Under the pieces are notes generated by a model. The model saw only the letters and a list, made by a program, of their open reading frames with translations, did no database searches and was not told where the DNA came from. This document shows positions 63,227 to 64,000 of a stretch of DNA of 64,000 nucleotides, piece by piece (position 1 is the stretch's first letter; every line of letters begins with the position of its first letter). The stretch lies in assembly GCA_021785175.1 (NCBI GenBank), contig JAJYGH010000041.1:2815-66814 (forward strand), given 5' to 3'. Source of the DNA: Chloroflexota bacterium (GTDB taxonomy: Bacteria; Chloroflexota; Limnocylindria; Limnocylindrales; CSP1-4). The position numbers and the translations under genes are program-made.

Positions 63227-64000
63227 CTACTTCAGCCCGGAATGCAGGAAGCTCTCGATGAACTGGCGCTGGAAGACCAGGAACAGGATCAGGAGGGGCC
63301 CGACCACGATCAGCGTCCCCGCAGTCACGAGCGGCCACTGGGCCCCGATCTCACCGAGCTGGGTGAAGACGGCCAGGCCCACCGTGAGCGGGCGGCTGTT
63401 CGTGCTGTTCGTCACGACGAGCGGCCACAGGAAATCGTTCCAGTGGAAGCTGATCGACGAGAGGGCGAAGGCGACCATCGCGGGCCGCGCAGGCGGGATG
63501 TACACGTGCCACAGCGTCTGCAGCCAGTTCGCCCCATCGACCCGGGCCGCATCGTCGAGGTCGCGCGGCACGGTCTTGAACGTCTGCCGCATCAGGAAGA
63601 CGCCGAACGCCGACCCGAAGTACGGAAGCATGACGGCCACGAGCGTGTCGAACAGGTGCAGCTGGCGGATCGTCGAGTAGTTGGGGACGATCAGCGCGCT
63701 CGACGGCACCATGAGCTGGAGCAGGATGAGGAAGAAGAGCAGGTTCTGTCCGCGGAACGGGTAGCGGGCGAACGCGTAGCCAGCCAGGCTGATGGTCACC
63801 AGCTGCACGACGAGGATGCCGGCGACGATGAGAATCGTGTTGACGTAGTACTGCGCGAACGGCGCGATCTGGAACGCCTGCGCATAGTTCGAGAGGGTCG
63901 GTTTCGACCCCCACCACAGGTTGCTGGCGGTGATGGGCTCGTCCGGGGAATGCACCGACACGGCCATCGCCCAGATCAGCGGCACCGCCCATCCGATGGC
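63227..64000 (-). CDS. Carbohydrate ABC transporter permease (MalG/UgpE type), 5' end beyond the window
   Basis: EAA-loop DDAARVDGAN and six TM helices visible. The first in-frame Met is at 63985, but the frame remains open to the window edge. Confidence 0.8.
   Translation of the reverse strand, partial: AIGWAVPLIWAMAVSVHSPDEPITASNLWWGSKPTLSNYAQAFQIAPFAQYYVNTILIVAGILVVQLVTISLAGYAFARYPFRGQNLLFFLILLQLMVPSSALIVPNYSTIRQLHLFDTLVAVMLPYFGSAFGVFLMRQTFKTVPRDLDDAARVDGANWLQTLWHVYIPPARPAMVAFALSSISFHWNDFLWPLVVTNSTNSRPLTVGLAVFTQLGEIGAQWPLVTAGTLIVVGPLLILFLVFQRQFIESFLHSGLK

Overview
This is a high-GC (about 72%), gene-dense chromosomal segment with an actinobacterial-type gene repertoire. Coding is on both strands. 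Most long ORFs in the supplied six-frame track are antisense or alternate-frame artefacts of the high GC content; I called genes only where I recognise protein-family motifs or normal amino-acid composition.

Main content, in order:
- partial fabI, an M3 metallopeptidase, and a P-loop 'cyclic-2,3-diphosphoglycerate-synthetase-like' gene next to an ornithine carbamoyltransferase.
- A hemerythrin-like gene divergent from a complete membrane-bound [NiFe]-hydrogenase locus: Tat-signal small subunit, large subunit, cytochrome b, HyaD protease, then hypA-hypF-hypC-hypD-hypE. hypB is absent.
- A DUF488 gene, a GAF histidine kinase with its response regulator, a 7-bladed beta-propeller lipoprotein and adenosine deaminase.
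- A YggT-like membrane protein preceded by a tiny Cys-rich protein.
- A GT9 glycosyltransferase plus a duplicated N-terminal fragment, followed by a badly degraded LigD with internal deletions.
- A contiguous qcrC-qcrA-qcrB-ctaC-ctaD-ctaF respiratory supercomplex cluster.
- ku, then a PAS/GAF KdpD-like kinase with a KdpE-like regulator, followed by a 10-bp tandem repeat and a hairpin array.
- An SRPBCC protein and treZ-treY-glgX on the minus strand.
- IclR and folE.
- An AT-rich palindromic element in front of a DUF234 AAA ATPase that abuts a GMC-oxidoreductase gene remnant.
- A roughly 2-kb single ORF fusing a VKOR-like membrane domain (loop cysteines lost) to an SDR dehydrogenase, coupled to a BON-domain protein and followed by a NUDIX hydrolase.
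- enolase, Ni-superoxide dismutase, tRNA-Gly(TCC), a PAS-GAF-GGDEF cyclase, and a partial sugar ABC permease.

The candidates I consider most likely to be novel are the VKOR-like/SDR fusion module, the ATPase cassette with its operator-like palindrome, the non-canonical proximal-cluster motif in the hydrogenase small subunit, and the remodelled LigD. All need database searches that I cannot run. Coordinates derived by reading the sequence rows may be off by 1 to 3 nt.
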